Below, in pieces: positions 38,801-48,644 of a stretch of DNA of 55,423 nt. The notes under the pieces were generated by a model, which saw nothing but the letters and a program-made list of their open reading frames with translations, made no database searches and had not been told where the DNA came from. This DNA comes from an uncultured Verrucomicrobiales bacterium (GTDB taxonomy: Bacteria > Verrucomicrobiota > Verrucomicrobiia > Verrucomicrobiales > DEV007). A program made the position numbers and the translations under genes. Numbering within the stretch: the stretch's first letter is position 1; each line of letters begins with the position of its first letter. The stretch spans positions 1 to 55,423 of the forward strand of contig CALKOM010000043.1 of assembly GCA_938091905.1 (NCBI GenBank), given 5' to 3'.

Positions 38801-39096
38801 GAGAGCTCGTTGCTCCTGTACTGAATACCACTGTTGTTGCTCCCGGTGACCTTAACCTTAACGCGCAGTTCGAAGTTCTTAAGGACGCCACCACGCCAAA
38901 TTAAAAACTCGTTGTAGCCAAGCTGCTTGGCATCCTTCGTCTTGCCAATCATGGCACCGTCCTCGACCGACCAGAGACCAGGATTGCCGTCCCAACCAGT
39001 GAGATCAACGCCATTGAAGAGTGCGCGAAAACCCTCAGGAGGTGATTGAGCAACCGCTGAGATGATGAGGACGAGAGAAAGAAGAAAGGGCTTCAT
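35818..39096 (-). CDS. DUF1080 domain + PVC-type heme-binding CxxCH (membrane-bound dehydrogenase-like) protein
   Basis: LFNGVDLTGW, NSGIQYRS (DUF1080); GFRNIYD propeller; CFACHRF...GPDLT cytochrome c domain. Confidence 0.9.
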   Translation of the reverse strand: MKPFLLSLVLIISAVAQSPPEGFRALFNGVDLTGWDGNPGLWSVEDGAMIGKTKDAKQLGYNEFLIWRGGVLKNFELRVKVKVTGSNNSGIQYRSNELSDHGKWVVGGYQCDIHPKAENNAMVYEERGRGIIALNGQGVVIDPEKKRWLTTERDTVNVPISDWHDYTIVAQGNRLTHKIDGKVTGELLDFDENARSLEGLLAFQIHRGPAMTVQIKDVFLKELPEGGVVSFAKSAIPSDAQIIENKAPPRRARAASRRRRPAEVGPAIGENKATPVERISTPEGFQVELLYSVPGLEQGSWANLCSDEKGRIYASDQYGSLYRFNPPAPGQTLKKEDVHKVPAEIRAINGMLFAFGALYVGVNDYEQKMQSGLYRLTDSTGDDQLDKVELLRAIDSKSDHGVHAVVLTPDGQGLYLVCGNNAILTETTKASPVRKLWGDDHLLPRMPDGRGHNRHVMAPGGIIYKVSPDGKEFEIFANGFRNIYDASVNSDGELFTYDADMEYDFNTSWYRPTRVNHVVSGAEFGWRNGTGKYPEFYVDNLPATLNIGPGSPTGTTFGYGAKFPAKYQSAFYAIDWSWGKIYAVHLEPNGSTYTGTKEEFVTGGPLPVTDAIIHKDGAMYFAIGGRRVQSGLYRVTYTGSASTDPIDLTPKTTPQRDLRLSLSAFHGKQDPKAVATVWPYLNHSDRFIRAAARTALEHQPLAEWQDKALAEPDATRQLEALLALTRITGVCPTHREEGATVNTEMRDLLLSTMLKHDFAKLTKEQRLAHVRILQIVLNRFGNPDEATIAAIISQLDPSFPADSFELNWLLCETLAYLQAPATAAKGMALIAAAESQEPQIEYARSLRHLKVGWTKELRTQQLEWFLKAANYNGGASFSKFIEFIRNDSLATFTDAEESDLAALIERKPVKKSAIELSGEIFAGRTPKAWTLDELSAATSTGLQNRDFDNGRKMFGAGACFACHRFGNAGGMTGPDLTGAGGRYSPHDLLDQIINPSKEINEQFAPIIVTRENGDVLSGVVVNLSGDNITLNTDLSDPNQRSNVDRKTVKSIEPSKVSLMPPGLLMMLTKEEIMDLVAYTLSMGDKTNPMFKQ

Positions 39097-39280
39097 TAAA
39101 TGTGTTAAGGCTTATTGGTAGACTTCTTAACCCCGAAATCTATTGGGCGTTGGTCCGGACTGGAAGACAATCCTTCCCAATCCATCCATTTTACAACAGA
39201 GAGGATTGCAAACGCATCCTCTCGAGACGCGCGCGATCCTTTTGCATCTGGCGATTCACTCGCCAGTCTATGTCAAAACC

Positions 39281-39937
39281 TTACTTGAGGAGCGTAACCT
39301 TCAGATTACGGAAGCGATACACGGCCCCCTTCTCACCATGGTGCTGGATGCCAAGATAGCCTTCCGCATCTTTATCATCATGATAGTCTGTCGTCTGAAC
39401 ACCGTTCACCCACACCTGCAAATGATCGCCTTTGCATTGAATCTTGTAATGATTCCAATCATTGCGCTTCAGAGCATTTTGAACCTCAGGCTTCTTGAAA
39501 TGCGCATTGGAGATTTCTTTCTTGTCACCCTTTTTAGCAGGCCAAAGCCACGCACGACGGCCCTCGTCATAGAGACCGCCGGACCAACGACGCTCCGAAC
39601 CATCGACCTCTGCTTGGTAGCCGTAGACTTTGTTCGGCTCCACGTGGCAGCGATACATAAAGCCACTGTTCGCCTTTCCTTCTGGCAAATGCACCTCGCC
39701 TTCGAAGATGAAGTCGCTGTATTTCTTCTCGGTCACCAGGAAGAACTTCTTCTCAGCCGAGAGATGGATTTCACCGTCGACCACTTTCACCTCCCCCCAT
39801 TCGTAGGGATTACGCCAACCTGACGTGTCCTTGCCATTGAAGAGAGCGATGGCGTTGTCGCCCGCGTGGTGATCAGCAAGGGCAAGGGACGCAAGCGCAA
39901 TGGCGCTGGCAGCGAATAGAGCATGGGTCGTCTTCAT
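39281..39937 (-). CDS. DUF1080 (3-keto-disaccharide hydrolase) family secreted protein
   Basis: LFNGKDTSGW, NSGFMYR, GYQAEVD, WNHYKI, GYLGIQHHG, FRNLKV. Confidence 0.92.
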   Translation of the reverse strand: MKTTHALFAASAIALASLALADHHAGDNAIALFNGKDTSGWRNPYEWGEVKVVDGEIHLSAEKKFFLVTEKKYSDFIFEGEVHLPEGKANSGFMYRCHVEPNKVYGYQAEVDGSERRWSGGLYDEGRRAWLWPAKKGDKKEISNAHFKKPEVQNALKRNDWNHYKIQCKGDHLQVWVNGVQTTDYHDDKDAEGYLGIQHHGEKGAVYRFRNLKVTLLK

Positions 39938-39979
39938 TCCGAGATCACACTTCAATTGGAACGAAAACGCAAATGGATT

Positions 39980-40711
39980 TCAGGCATCCTGGCGTTCCTG
40001 CGTCTTCTCCTCCTGATTCTCTCCTTCCATCCGGGCCATTAACAGCACAGGGGCCAGCAAGCATGCGGGTAATGAGAAAACGCCAAGTCCAATCATCAGA
40101 ATGATGAACGTGAAGAAACGCCCCCAAAACTAATCGGAATAGCACCGGCGTAGTCAACCGTGGTCAGGGTGACTAGTGCTCAGCAGAGACGCTCTTAAGA
40201 TTCTCTGGCTGCACCACATTCCCAAAGTGATAGATTCCCATGGCCGCCATGTATAACAAGATCCCGGCAACACAGAAAAACAGAATCAGTGCTTCACGAG
40301 CAATGGCCAAAGCTCGATGGAACCGCTGCACAGCCCGTCTATAACGAGCGAGCTTGAGGGCGCGGATCAGTCGAATCAATCGAAAGGCGCGTAAACTTCG
40401 CAAGTCGAGGTTCACCCCCGAGGCCAAGAAGAATGACAAGATTGCTATCAGATCAATAATACCGAGGAAACTAAAGATAAACCCAAGCTTTCGGTCTGCC
40501 AACCAAATGCGAGTAGCGTACTCCAAAGTGAACAGCGAGACTATGATCACTTCAAGTAGGCGAAGCGTCTAAACCACCCACGCGGGAAGACCGGGCAAGG
40601 TTTCCTTGCGGCAAAAGCGGTCAATGACAGGATGTTAAGGACGATAATCGATGTATCAAGCCACCGTCGCACAGGACTGTGACAGTCCTTCTAAGCGATT
40701 TTCCACTCCAT
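39980..40711 (-). pseudogene. Voltage-gated K+ channel (ion transporter) pseudogene
   Basis: S4-like LRSLRAFRLIRLIRALKLARY; degenerate pore VTLTTVDYAG; in-frame TAGs at 40691-40693 and 40569-40571 plus frameshifts. Confidence 0.8.
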
Positions 40712-40728
40712 AGATCGAGGGCGTTCGA

Positions 40729-41991
40729 CTACTCGTCGTAATCGTGATTGGCACTGTCTTCTGTCAGACGTACCGCAGTTCCGCAATACATGCACCAGAA
40801 CCAACGCCAAAGAAGGATGTGGAGAACCTGTGCAAACATGGGGAAACCACCAAGAATGCGGTGAGCCTTCTTGTTCTTAAGACACCGCCGGGAATAATAG
40901 AGGTGGCAGCTACACACTCGGCACCGCATGCCAATGGCAGAGAAAAGATAGAGCACACCGAAGAACAACGTCACCAAGAAGAGACCTCCAAACTCCATGC
41001 GATAGTCCTTGAGCTCAGGATAGAACGGAAAGATCACACCAATAATAACTGTCGCTAGCATCAACACGATCACGATGAACGTGATCAGCGCCGTGATGTA
41101 AACCTTGAGGCCATCTGGATGCTTTACACCGCGGATACGCCAAATAGGCATGCGCTTCTTATAGGCCAATTCTTCCTCAAACGAATCCTGCTCCGTAGCC
41201 GAAGACCTTGACGCATCTTCTCCAAGACTGAGCGAGTGCCTATCTAGCGGTTTCACTACAGTTCGCCCCCCTTTATAGTCCTCGAATGTGCGAAAGGCTG
41301 GTGACGGGGGAGCTTGAGCAGAGCCTGCTGCTGATTCTTGCTCTGGCACAAACTCTAGAGCAGGAGCAGGGGCAGGCGCTGGAGCTGGAGGCCCAGGAAC
41401 TGAAGGGAGTACCGTCTGGGGCTGAACACCAACAGCGGGAGGCTGCGCAGGTGTCGTCTTCGAAGATTGCAGTGTTGGCGATTGCCGTCGCTCGCGGAGC
41501 CTACGGCTAGTCTCAGGGTTCAACTCCGTAGTTACCTGCGGTGCAGCTTCCTCCCCCCGAGGGGTGACAACAACGCGTTCTCCAGTCGCCGCTGGCGGTG
41601 GGGCGGCTTCGGGATCTCGTTTCACACGCCGATGCCGGTCCGGGCGCAACTCCATCGTGCCCGCAGCAGACTTCACCCCCGATCCTCCGTAAGCTTTCTT
41701 CTGAGGGCGCTTTGCTACCACCACGGCCGTGGGAATATTATCAAGATTGGTACTCGGTCCACCCTCCGGCTGCTGCTCTGATAGGGTACGCGCTTGCTCT
41801 ACCCAAGCGGCGATCTTGACCAGTGAAGGAAACTTCTCTGGATACCTGCCTTCTTGAGCGGCCGCAATAAACGTGCTTTGCAAGTATATGACGTTGGCCC
41901 CGGCCAAATCTGCCAGACTTTCGATTCCAGAGCCTTTGAGTACCTCGACAGCCTCGGCAGTTAGGTGAAGAGCGGCAAGATGGTCAGGCAT
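40729..41991 (-). CDS. Hypothetical membrane protein: DUF4332-like N-terminus, Pro-rich linker, TM helices and CxxC pairs
   Basis: EVLKGSGIESLADLA...WVEQAR; PAPAPAPAP linker; CRVCSC and CMYCG. Confidence 0.7.
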   Translation of the reverse strand: MPDHLAALHLTAEAVEVLKGSGIESLADLAGANVIYLQSTFIAAAQEGRYPEKFPSLVKIAAWVEQARTLSEQQPEGGPSTNLDNIPTAVVVAKRPQKKAYGGSGVKSAAGTMELRPDRHRRVKRDPEAAPPPAATGERVVVTPRGEEAAPQVTTELNPETSRRLRERRQSPTLQSSKTTPAQPPAVGVQPQTVLPSVPGPPAPAPAPAPALEFVPEQESAAGSAQAPPSPAFRTFEDYKGGRTVVKPLDRHSLSLGEDASRSSATEQDSFEEELAYKKRMPIWRIRGVKHPDGLKVYITALITFIVIVLMLATVIIGVIFPFYPELKDYRMEFGGLFLVTLFFGVLYLFSAIGMRCRVCSCHLYYSRRCLKNKKAHRILGGFPMFAQVLHILLWRWFWCMYCGTAVRLTEDSANHDYDE

Positions 41992-42028
41992 GTTGGACGG
42001 TAATAGAGAGAGCCTCTCCGGAGGACAT

Positions 42029-44689
42029 CTACCCGACTAGATTAGCAATCATTTCACGGAGCTGCTCAAGTCTTTTCTCCCAGTCGGCACGTCGCTGGCG
42101 ATGCTCATCGACGATCTCCGCACTAGCTCGGTCGACAAAGTTAGGATTTGCGAGCTTCTTATCTACCTTCTCAAGCTCTTTCTCGACCTTGGTGATCTCT
42201 TTCTGCAGGCGCTTCGTTTCCTCCTCAATGTCAATGAGACCATCCAACGGCATGTAGAGCTCGCCTAAGGCAGTCACCGCAGCGGGCACGCCTTTCTCTG
42301 ATTGATAATCCCCATCGATCGCGATCTCTGAGGCACCGATGAGCAAGCACAGCGTACCCACCTCCCCAGCCACCCACGCTTTCGCAGGCTTGAGCACAAA
42401 CTTCACATTTCGATTGGAACCGAGCTGGTACTCCGCTTTCAAATTCCGCGCACGGCCCGTGGCCTCTTGGATGGCGGCCACACGCGCCTGAGCATCGGCA
42501 CCAGCAGCAGCATCCCACGGGAGACGGCCGGCAGCGAGTTCCTCGCACATGAGAAACTGACCTTCCTGACCGAAGCCAAGGCGCTCCCAAAGCTCCTCCG
42601 TCAAATGAGGCATGAAGGGATGCAACAACATGATGAAGCGACGATAAACTTTATCTAACGTTTGCAACGTCATCGCCTTCACCTCGGGAGCAGCGGCGTC
42701 ACCAAGATCGTCCTTCACAGACTCCAAATACCAAGAACAGAACTGGGTCCAGAAGAACTCATATAGATGGTTGGCGATATCGTTAAAGCGATAGTTCCCG
42801 TAGGCAGTCTCCAACTTATCCTCCAGCGCATCGAGTTTACCCAGGATATCGATCGCATAGATGCTAGTTTCAGCAGGAATGACGTCTGCTCCCACTTCTG
42901 TTTGCATCTGGCGGAAGCGCACGGCGTTCCACAGCTTTGTCGCGAAATTCCGCCCCTCCTTCATCCGCTCTTCGTCGTAACGGATGTCCGATCCCGTAGG
43001 CGCAATGCGAAGCAAACCGAAACGCACACCATCAGCACCGTATTCGTCTAACAAGAGCAAGCAATCTGGCGAATTCCCCAGTGATTTAGAAAGCTTTCGA
43101 CCGCGGGCATCGCGAATCAGACTTGTGAAGAACACATTCTTAAAGGGCAGCTGCCCTTCGAACGTGTAGCCCGCCATGATCATGCGAGCGACCCAGAAGA
43201 AAATGATATCTGGACCCGTCACCAGATCAGTGGTCGGGAAGAATTTGGAACGCGTGTCTGACCGCATAGTCGCGAAAGGCCACAACCAGGAGCTAAACCA
43301 TGTATCTAACACGTCCTCGTCCTGAGTCCAGTTTTCAGTATCTGCAGGCGGCTCGGTCCCCACGTGAATGAGCTTGCGCACCTCCTCCTCGTCAAGTTCA
43401 CCTAACTGAATTTCTTTCACCCGATCCTTCGGATACCACACTGGAATGCGATGCCCCCACCAGAGTTGCCGACTAATACACCAGTCCTGAATGTTCTCCA
43501 TCCAGTGGCCATAGGTCTTCACCCAACGCTCAGGGCGGAACGTGATCTCTCCATCTGCCACGGATTTCTTCGCTTCCGGCACACTTGGATAACGCAGGAA
43601 CCACTGCAGGCTAAGGCGCGGCTCGATCGGCACATCAGCTCTCTCACTGTAGCCAACTTCATTCTCATAAGGCTCACGCTTGATCAACAGCTCCATTTCC
43701 TCAAGCTTGTCAGCTGCTTTCTCGCGAGCTTCCTTTCGATCCATGCCATCGAAGTCCGGGCCAGCGTGCGCATTAAGCGTTCCGTCAGGATTGAGAACAT
43801 CGATTACCTCAAGTCCATGCCGCTGACCAATATCGTAATCGGCCTTGTCATGCGCGGGGGTCACTTTAAGAACGCCCGTTCCAAACTCGATATCGATGTG
43901 CTCATCCGCCACAATTGGGATCTCCTTTCGAGGGAAAGGACGCCAACAATGCTTGCCCACTAGGTGCCCATAACGGGGGTCCTTGGGATTCACCGCCACA
44001 CCTGAATCTCCCATCAGCGTTTCAGGACGCGTGGTAGCAATCTTCAAATACTCGCCGGGAGACTCCACAATCTCGTAACGCATGTAATAGAGGAAACCCT
44101 TCGACTTCTTCTTAATCACTTCCTCATCCGAAAGCGCTGTCTGGCTCACCGGGCACCAGTTCACCATCCGCTCGCCACGATAAATGAGACCGTCGTTATA
44201 AAGCTTCACGAAGACCTCCATCACAGCCTTCACATAATCGTCATCCTGCGTGTAACGCTCGCGATCCCAATCACAGGAAGCGCCAAGCCGCTTGAGCTGC
44301 TTGATGATGATCCCACCGTGCTCATCCTTCCAGGTGCGGACTTCGTCCAAGAACGCCTCTCTTCCCATGTCGCGGCGTTTCTTGCCCTCTTTGCGCAGCT
44401 TCTTTTCCACCACGGCCTGCGTAGCGATGCCCGCATGGTCGGTTCCTGGCAGCCAAAGCACTTCCTTGCCCATCATGCGAGCCCGCCGGGCCAGCACATC
44501 CTGGATCGTGTTATTGAGAACGTGTCCCAGATGGAGCACTCCCGTCACATTGGGCGGCGGGATGACAATCGAGTATGCGGGGCGGTCAGACGCCTCATCA
44601 GCGTGAAAGCACTTCCGTTCCTCCCAACGCGCATACCACTTGGATTCCACTTCGCTGGGTTGATAGACTTTGGAGATCTCTTCGGCCAT
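42029..44689 (-). CDS. valS: Valine--tRNA ligase
   Basis: PPPNVTGVLHLGH, GTDHAGIATQ, DWCISRQLWWGH, KLSKS, C-terminal coiled coil. Confidence 0.98.
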   Translation of the reverse strand: MAEEISKVYQPSEVESKWYARWEERKCFHADEASDRPAYSIVIPPPNVTGVLHLGHVLNNTIQDVLARRARMMGKEVLWLPGTDHAGIATQAVVEKKLRKEGKKRRDMGREAFLDEVRTWKDEHGGIIIKQLKRLGASCDWDRERYTQDDDYVKAVMEVFVKLYNDGLIYRGERMVNWCPVSQTALSDEEVIKKKSKGFLYYMRYEIVESPGEYLKIATTRPETLMGDSGVAVNPKDPRYGHLVGKHCWRPFPRKEIPIVADEHIDIEFGTGVLKVTPAHDKADYDIGQRHGLEVIDVLNPDGTLNAHAGPDFDGMDRKEAREKAADKLEEMELLIKREPYENEVGYSERADVPIEPRLSLQWFLRYPSVPEAKKSVADGEITFRPERWVKTYGHWMENIQDWCISRQLWWGHRIPVWYPKDRVKEIQLGELDEEEVRKLIHVGTEPPADTENWTQDEDVLDTWFSSWLWPFATMRSDTRSKFFPTTDLVTGPDIIFFWVARMIMAGYTFEGQLPFKNVFFTSLIRDARGRKLSKSLGNSPDCLLLLDEYGADGVRFGLLRIAPTGSDIRYDEERMKEGRNFATKLWNAVRFRQMQTEVGADVIPAETSIYAIDILGKLDALEDKLETAYGNYRFNDIANHLYEFFWTQFCSWYLESVKDDLGDAAAPEVKAMTLQTLDKVYRRFIMLLHPFMPHLTEELWERLGFGQEGQFLMCEELAAGRLPWDAAAGADAQARVAAIQEATGRARNLKAEYQLGSNRNVKFVLKPAKAWVAGEVGTLCLLIGASEIAIDGDYQSEKGVPAAVTALGELYMPLDGLIDIEEETKRLQKEITKVEKELEKVDKKLANPNFVDRASAEIVDEHRQRRADWEKRLEQLREMIANLVG

Positions 44690-44798
44690 GGCGGGCTACT
44701 ATCTTGGGAGGGTTCAATTTGTAAAATCTAATTCCTCTAGGGATTGCAACCTGTCGCGCTTGCTCCTACTCTCCTCAGCCTAATAGTCATTATTAGCT

Positions 44799-45818
44799 AT
44801 GGTTTCTCGTTGCACCTACCCTCTTTACCTCACCGCCTGCATGCTCTTCCTGAGTATCGTAGGCTCTGTTAGTGCAAAGACCTTCAAGTGGCAGGAGGTC
44901 AAGATCAGTGGTCGGCGCTACATTCCTGCCAACAGCATTTCTGAATTTTATAGATTCCATAAAAAATCAATCGAAGGAAACGTCATCCGCTTCATCTATT
45001 ATGATGCCCGCGGAAAGACAAAGCTGACCATGACAGCGCGGGTAGGATCGCAGACCTTGATGATGAACACGATCAAGTTCATTCTCAGCTACCCCGTCAC
45101 CAAGCACAAAGGCCACTTCGTCTTCTCGAGGCTCGATCTTTGCAAACTTATCGACCCCGTTCTCCGGCCAAAGACCATCGTGAAGGGCCCAGTCTTTGAT
45201 ACGGTGGTGATTGACCCTGGCCATGGAGGCCACGATTCGGGAGCTGCTTGCGCCCTTGGAAAGGAATCCAACTTCGCACTCAATACGGCCAACCATCTAA
45301 AGCGTGAACTCCAGAAACGCGGTTACAAAGTGGTCATGACTCGCACAAGCGATCGCTTCATTACGTTAGGCAATCGCGTGAAGTTCGCCAACCGCTACAA
45401 GAACGCTATCTTCATAAGCCTTCACTACAACTCAGGTCAATCAGCGGCCTCAGGCATCGAAACCTTCGCATTATCGCCTCAGGGATCCTCATCGACCTAC
45501 ACCGGTCGACGCAGCTCAGACTATCTTAACTTCGAGGGGAATGGAAACGACGGTGAGAACATTGCACTCTCCACAGCCATTCACGCGGGAGCGATCAAAA
45601 GTCTACCCGGCACTAAAGATCGCGGTATCAAACGCGCACGCTGGAATGTCCTCACGGGCCTAAAGATCCCGGGTACCCTTTACGAAGGTGGCTTCCTATC
45701 AAATTCACGTGAAGCTCGCAAGATCGCCTCCGAATCCTATCGCAAACAGATCGCGAAAGCCCTCGCCGAAGGCATCGAGAACTACAAGGAAGCGCTGATC
45801 AAGAAGCGTCGCCGCTAG
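44799..45818 (+). CDS. N-acetylmuramoyl-L-alanine amidase (Amidase_3)
   Basis: VVIDPGHGGHDSGA, FISLHYNS, LYEGGFLSN. Confidence 0.93.
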   Translation: MVSRCTYPLYLTACMLFLSIVGSVSAKTFKWQEVKISGRRYIPANSISEFYRFHKKSIEGNVIRFIYYDARGKTKLTMTARVGSQTLMMNTIKFILSYPVTKHKGHFVFSRLDLCKLIDPVLRPKTIVKGPVFDTVVIDPGHGGHDSGAACALGKESNFALNTANHLKRELQKRGYKVVMTRTSDRFITLGNRVKFANRYKNAIFISLHYNSGQSAASGIETFALSPQGSSSTYTGRRSSDYLNFEGNGNDGENIALSTAIHAGAIKSLPGTKDRGIKRARWNVLTGLKIPGTLYEGGFLSNSREARKIASESYRKQIAKALAEGIENYKEALIKKRRR

Positions 45819-45886
45819 TTCGCTAGCTCCTTAAGGAAGCGCGACTCTCCTGTCGCTCCACGCTAGCCCGGAGGTGACTATCCGTG

Positions 45887-47146
45887 TCAGTAGCGCCCCG
45901 GATCCAGCAACGAAACATCGACATCCGGTGTTTCCCCGTTCACCATCTGGCAGATCAACCAACCACTAATTGGCGAAAGACTGAGGCCAAGCATGGCATG
46001 ACCTGCGGCAATGAACGTGTTAGCCAACCCAGGACACCGACCGAGATAGGGCAATCCATCAGGAGTACAAGGTCGCAATCCCGTCCAAGTCTCTTGTCCC
46101 TCAAAATCTGACGCCTGGAACTCAGGAAAGTAATTAGGCACCGATTTGGTAATGCCACGAACCTTTGCCTCGTTGATCACGCCTTCTTTCCCACCAATCT
46201 CCATCGTCCCACCAATCCTCAACTTGCCACCCATAGGCGTCACCGCCACGCGCGCCTCCATTAGCAACGAACAAATCTCAGGGAGTTGCCGAGGCGATGT
46301 TAGGGTCATGCTATAACCCTTGCCACCCTGCATAGGCAGCGAAACGCCAAGCTGCTCGCCCAATGTCGTCGTCCAAACCCCACCGGCCATGATAAAACCA
46401 TCCGCATGCCAAGCGTTGCCATCGGCCGTCGACACCGAATGCACTCTCCCCTGCGCATGCTCGACTCCAGTCACTTTCGATTCCCAATGAACCTTCCCCC
46501 CCATCTCCTCAAGCCTCCGAATCAGCTCCAGGCGGAAGGCAGCAGGATTGAGATGACAATCCTGACGAAAATACACGGCTCCCGCCACATCCATGGTCAC
46601 GCCAGGGTCAAGGACGTTGACAGCTTTAGAGTCTAATACTTCCGCATCTATTCCCAGTACTCTCCCTTGGTCCACCACGGTTGATTCATGCCGCAAAGTT
46701 TCCTCCTTCTTGCACAACGCTAGAAGACCACGCTGCACGAGTTGAAACTCCAAACCTTCTTCTTCAGCCAGTCGCTCAAACAAGGTCCGACTCGCCAAAC
46801 TCAAATCACGTAGGATGGGCTTCGCGGCCTTCACACGCGACGGCGAGCACGCACGATAAAATTGCCACGCCCATCGCCAGAGCGCTAGTTTCGCGCTCGG
46901 CCGAATTGAAAACGGACTCTCAGGCTTCAGCATCCAACGCAATCCTTGCCCGATCACCCCTGGTGTAGCCAAGGGAATGAAATGACTTGGCACCACCATG
47001 CCCGCATTGCCAGTCGAGCAGTTCGGAGACTCCATGACCCGCTCTTCAAGCACCGTCACCTCACAACCCGAACGCGCGAGGAAATAGGCGCAGCTCAACC
47101 CGATTACCCCGCCCCCCACAACCATGACTGACCTCGGCTTAGGCAT
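45887..47146 (-). CDS. FAD-dependent D-amino acid dehydrogenase family protein
   Basis: VVGGGVIG, STGNAG, GKGYS, WTGLRPCTPDGLP, GHAMLG. Confidence 0.9.
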   Translation of the reverse strand: MPKPRSVMVVGGGVIGLSCAYFLARSGCEVTVLEERVMESPNCSTGNAGMVVPSHFIPLATPGVIGQGLRWMLKPESPFSIRPSAKLALWRWAWQFYRACSPSRVKAAKPILRDLSLASRTLFERLAEEEGLEFQLVQRGLLALCKKEETLRHESTVVDQGRVLGIDAEVLDSKAVNVLDPGVTMDVAGAVYFRQDCHLNPAAFRLELIRRLEEMGGKVHWESKVTGVEHAQGRVHSVSTADGNAWHADGFIMAGGVWTTTLGEQLGVSLPMQGGKGYSMTLTSPRQLPEICSLLMEARVAVTPMGGKLRIGGTMEIGGKEGVINEAKVRGITKSVPNYFPEFQASDFEGQETWTGLRPCTPDGLPYLGRCPGLANTFIAAGHAMLGLSLSPISGWLICQMVNGETPDVDVSLLDPGRY

Positions 47147-47156
47147 CGCAGTAAGT

Positions 47157-47777
47157 TCAGTCCAACTTTAAGGTTAGTTGGCTCACTGGACCGAACGACT
47201 GCCGATGAATCGGACAAGGCCCCAATTCCTGAAGGCGCTCTAAGTGCATCTTGGTCGGGTAGCCCTTGTGCTGGTCAAATCCATATCCTGGGTAGGTCTC
47301 CGCCATTTTGAGCATGAGGCGATCCCTTTCCACTTTAGCGATGATACTGGCTGCCGCGATCGAAAGGCTTAGGCTATCCCCTTTCACCACCCCCTTCTGC
47401 GGAAAGGGGAATTCGGGCACGTCCAGCCCATCAATCAAGACCATGTCCGGCACTTTAGACAGCTTAGCAACAGACCTAGCCATCGAAGCATGCGTCGCCT
47501 TCAAAATATTGATTCGATCAATCTCGCGCTCGCCAGCCTGATCCGACGCCCATCGAATCTGCTCGTTCGCGGTCAGCTCCTCGTAGAGCCGTTCACGCAC
47601 CTTCGGCGTGAGCTTCTTAGAATCTGTCAACACCGCGTGCTCGAAGTCTCTGGGAAGAATCACCACAGCGGTTGTCACCGGTCCCGCCAATGGGCCACGA
47701 CCGGCTTCATCAACGCCAGCAACCCAAGCATAGCCATCGTCCCACAACTCCGTTTCCAGGGAGAGGGTACATGCCAT
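47157..47777 (-). CDS. rnhB: Ribonuclease HII
   Basis: GVDEAGRGPLAGPV, DSKKL, IAAASIIAKV, HKGYPT, HRQSF. Confidence 0.97.
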   Translation of the reverse strand: MACTLSLETELWDDGYAWVAGVDEAGRGPLAGPVTTAVVILPRDFEHAVLTDSKKLTPKVRERLYEELTANEQIRWASDQAGEREIDRINILKATHASMARSVAKLSKVPDMVLIDGLDVPEFPFPQKGVVKGDSLSLSIAAASIIAKVERDRLMLKMAETYPGYGFDQHKGYPTKMHLERLQELGPCPIHRQSFGPVSQLTLKLD

Positions 47778-47813
47778 GTCAACGGGCCCTCAGGAGGAGG
47801 GACAACAAGCTGA

Positions 47814-48164
47814 CTACGAACGCGCTGCCGGCTTGACGGACATCGCCTGCTTACCTACTCGACCCCGCAGATAATTGAGACGAGCACGACGAACTTTACC
47901 GCGGTTCGTCACCTCAATCTTGGAGATTCGTGGACTGTGCACAGGAAATCCCCGCTCCACGCCCTCACCATAAGAAATCTTACGAACCGTGAAGGCCTGA
48001 TTCAGGCCCTGGCCCTTCTTGGCAATCACGATGCCGGAGAAGATCTGGATCCGTTCCTTGTCACCCTCGACCACACGAGTGTGCACTTTCACCGTATCCC
48101 CCACATTGAAGTCTGCGACTTCCTTCAATTGCTCGTCTTCGATCTTCTGGATGATGCTGCTCAT
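47814..48164 (-). CDS. rplS: 50S ribosomal protein L19
   Basis: [43 protein letters not shown]. Confidence 0.98.
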   Translation of the reverse strand: MSSIIQKIEDEQLKEVADFNVGDTVKVHTRVVEGDKERIQIFSGIVIAKKGQGLNQAFTVRKISYGEGVERGFPVHSPRISKIEVTNRGKVRRARLNYLRGRVGKQAMSVKPAARS

Positions 48165-48356
48165 GGTCGTCAGTGGGAAAGGAAAGTTTTACTTACAGTC
48201 GGGCCGGTGATCTACCTGCCCCGCCGTGAAACGCAAAGAAATTCTGCGCCAAACCCGCTGGAAATCAAATTGTCTTGCCTGCTGAAAAACCATTTGCGCG
48301 CAATCAGGCCCGCCCCTAGGCTGCGCGCTCCTATCCGGGAGCTGATTTTATCAGTT

Positions 48357-48433
<77 letters not shown>

Positions 48434-48644
48434 TCTCTACCAACGAGTTACAGAAACTCGAAAAATGTGGGGTAGCACAAAACGGTAGCAAAGGCTTCCC
48501 ATTGTCTGGCACTGTTAGGGCTCAACATTTCGATTCCCCGCTTCTCTCTATGGTAACTTGTCGGACATGCAGGTAGTCCAGGGCGCTCTTTGGCGGCAGC
48601 CAAAACCGGCGAGTCGCTGCCAAGCCACCGCAGCGAAACCCAAT

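Noticed and set aside
40673..40689. 8-1-8 inverted repeat aggactgt-g-acagtcct as an operator
   Set aside because: It lies inside the 5' part of the decayed K+ channel reading frame; probably chance.
34422..40711. Amber (TAG) recoding suggested by four in-frame TAGs in decayed genes
   Set aside because: Many intact genes here end in TAG (e.g. recG, valS, rplS, the CotH gene), and the affected regions also carry frameshifts and degenerate motifs, so ordinary pseudogenisation fits better.
41350..41400. Short gcagga/gctgga tandem-like repeats
   Set aside because: They encode the PAPAPAP linker of the 40729-41991 protein.
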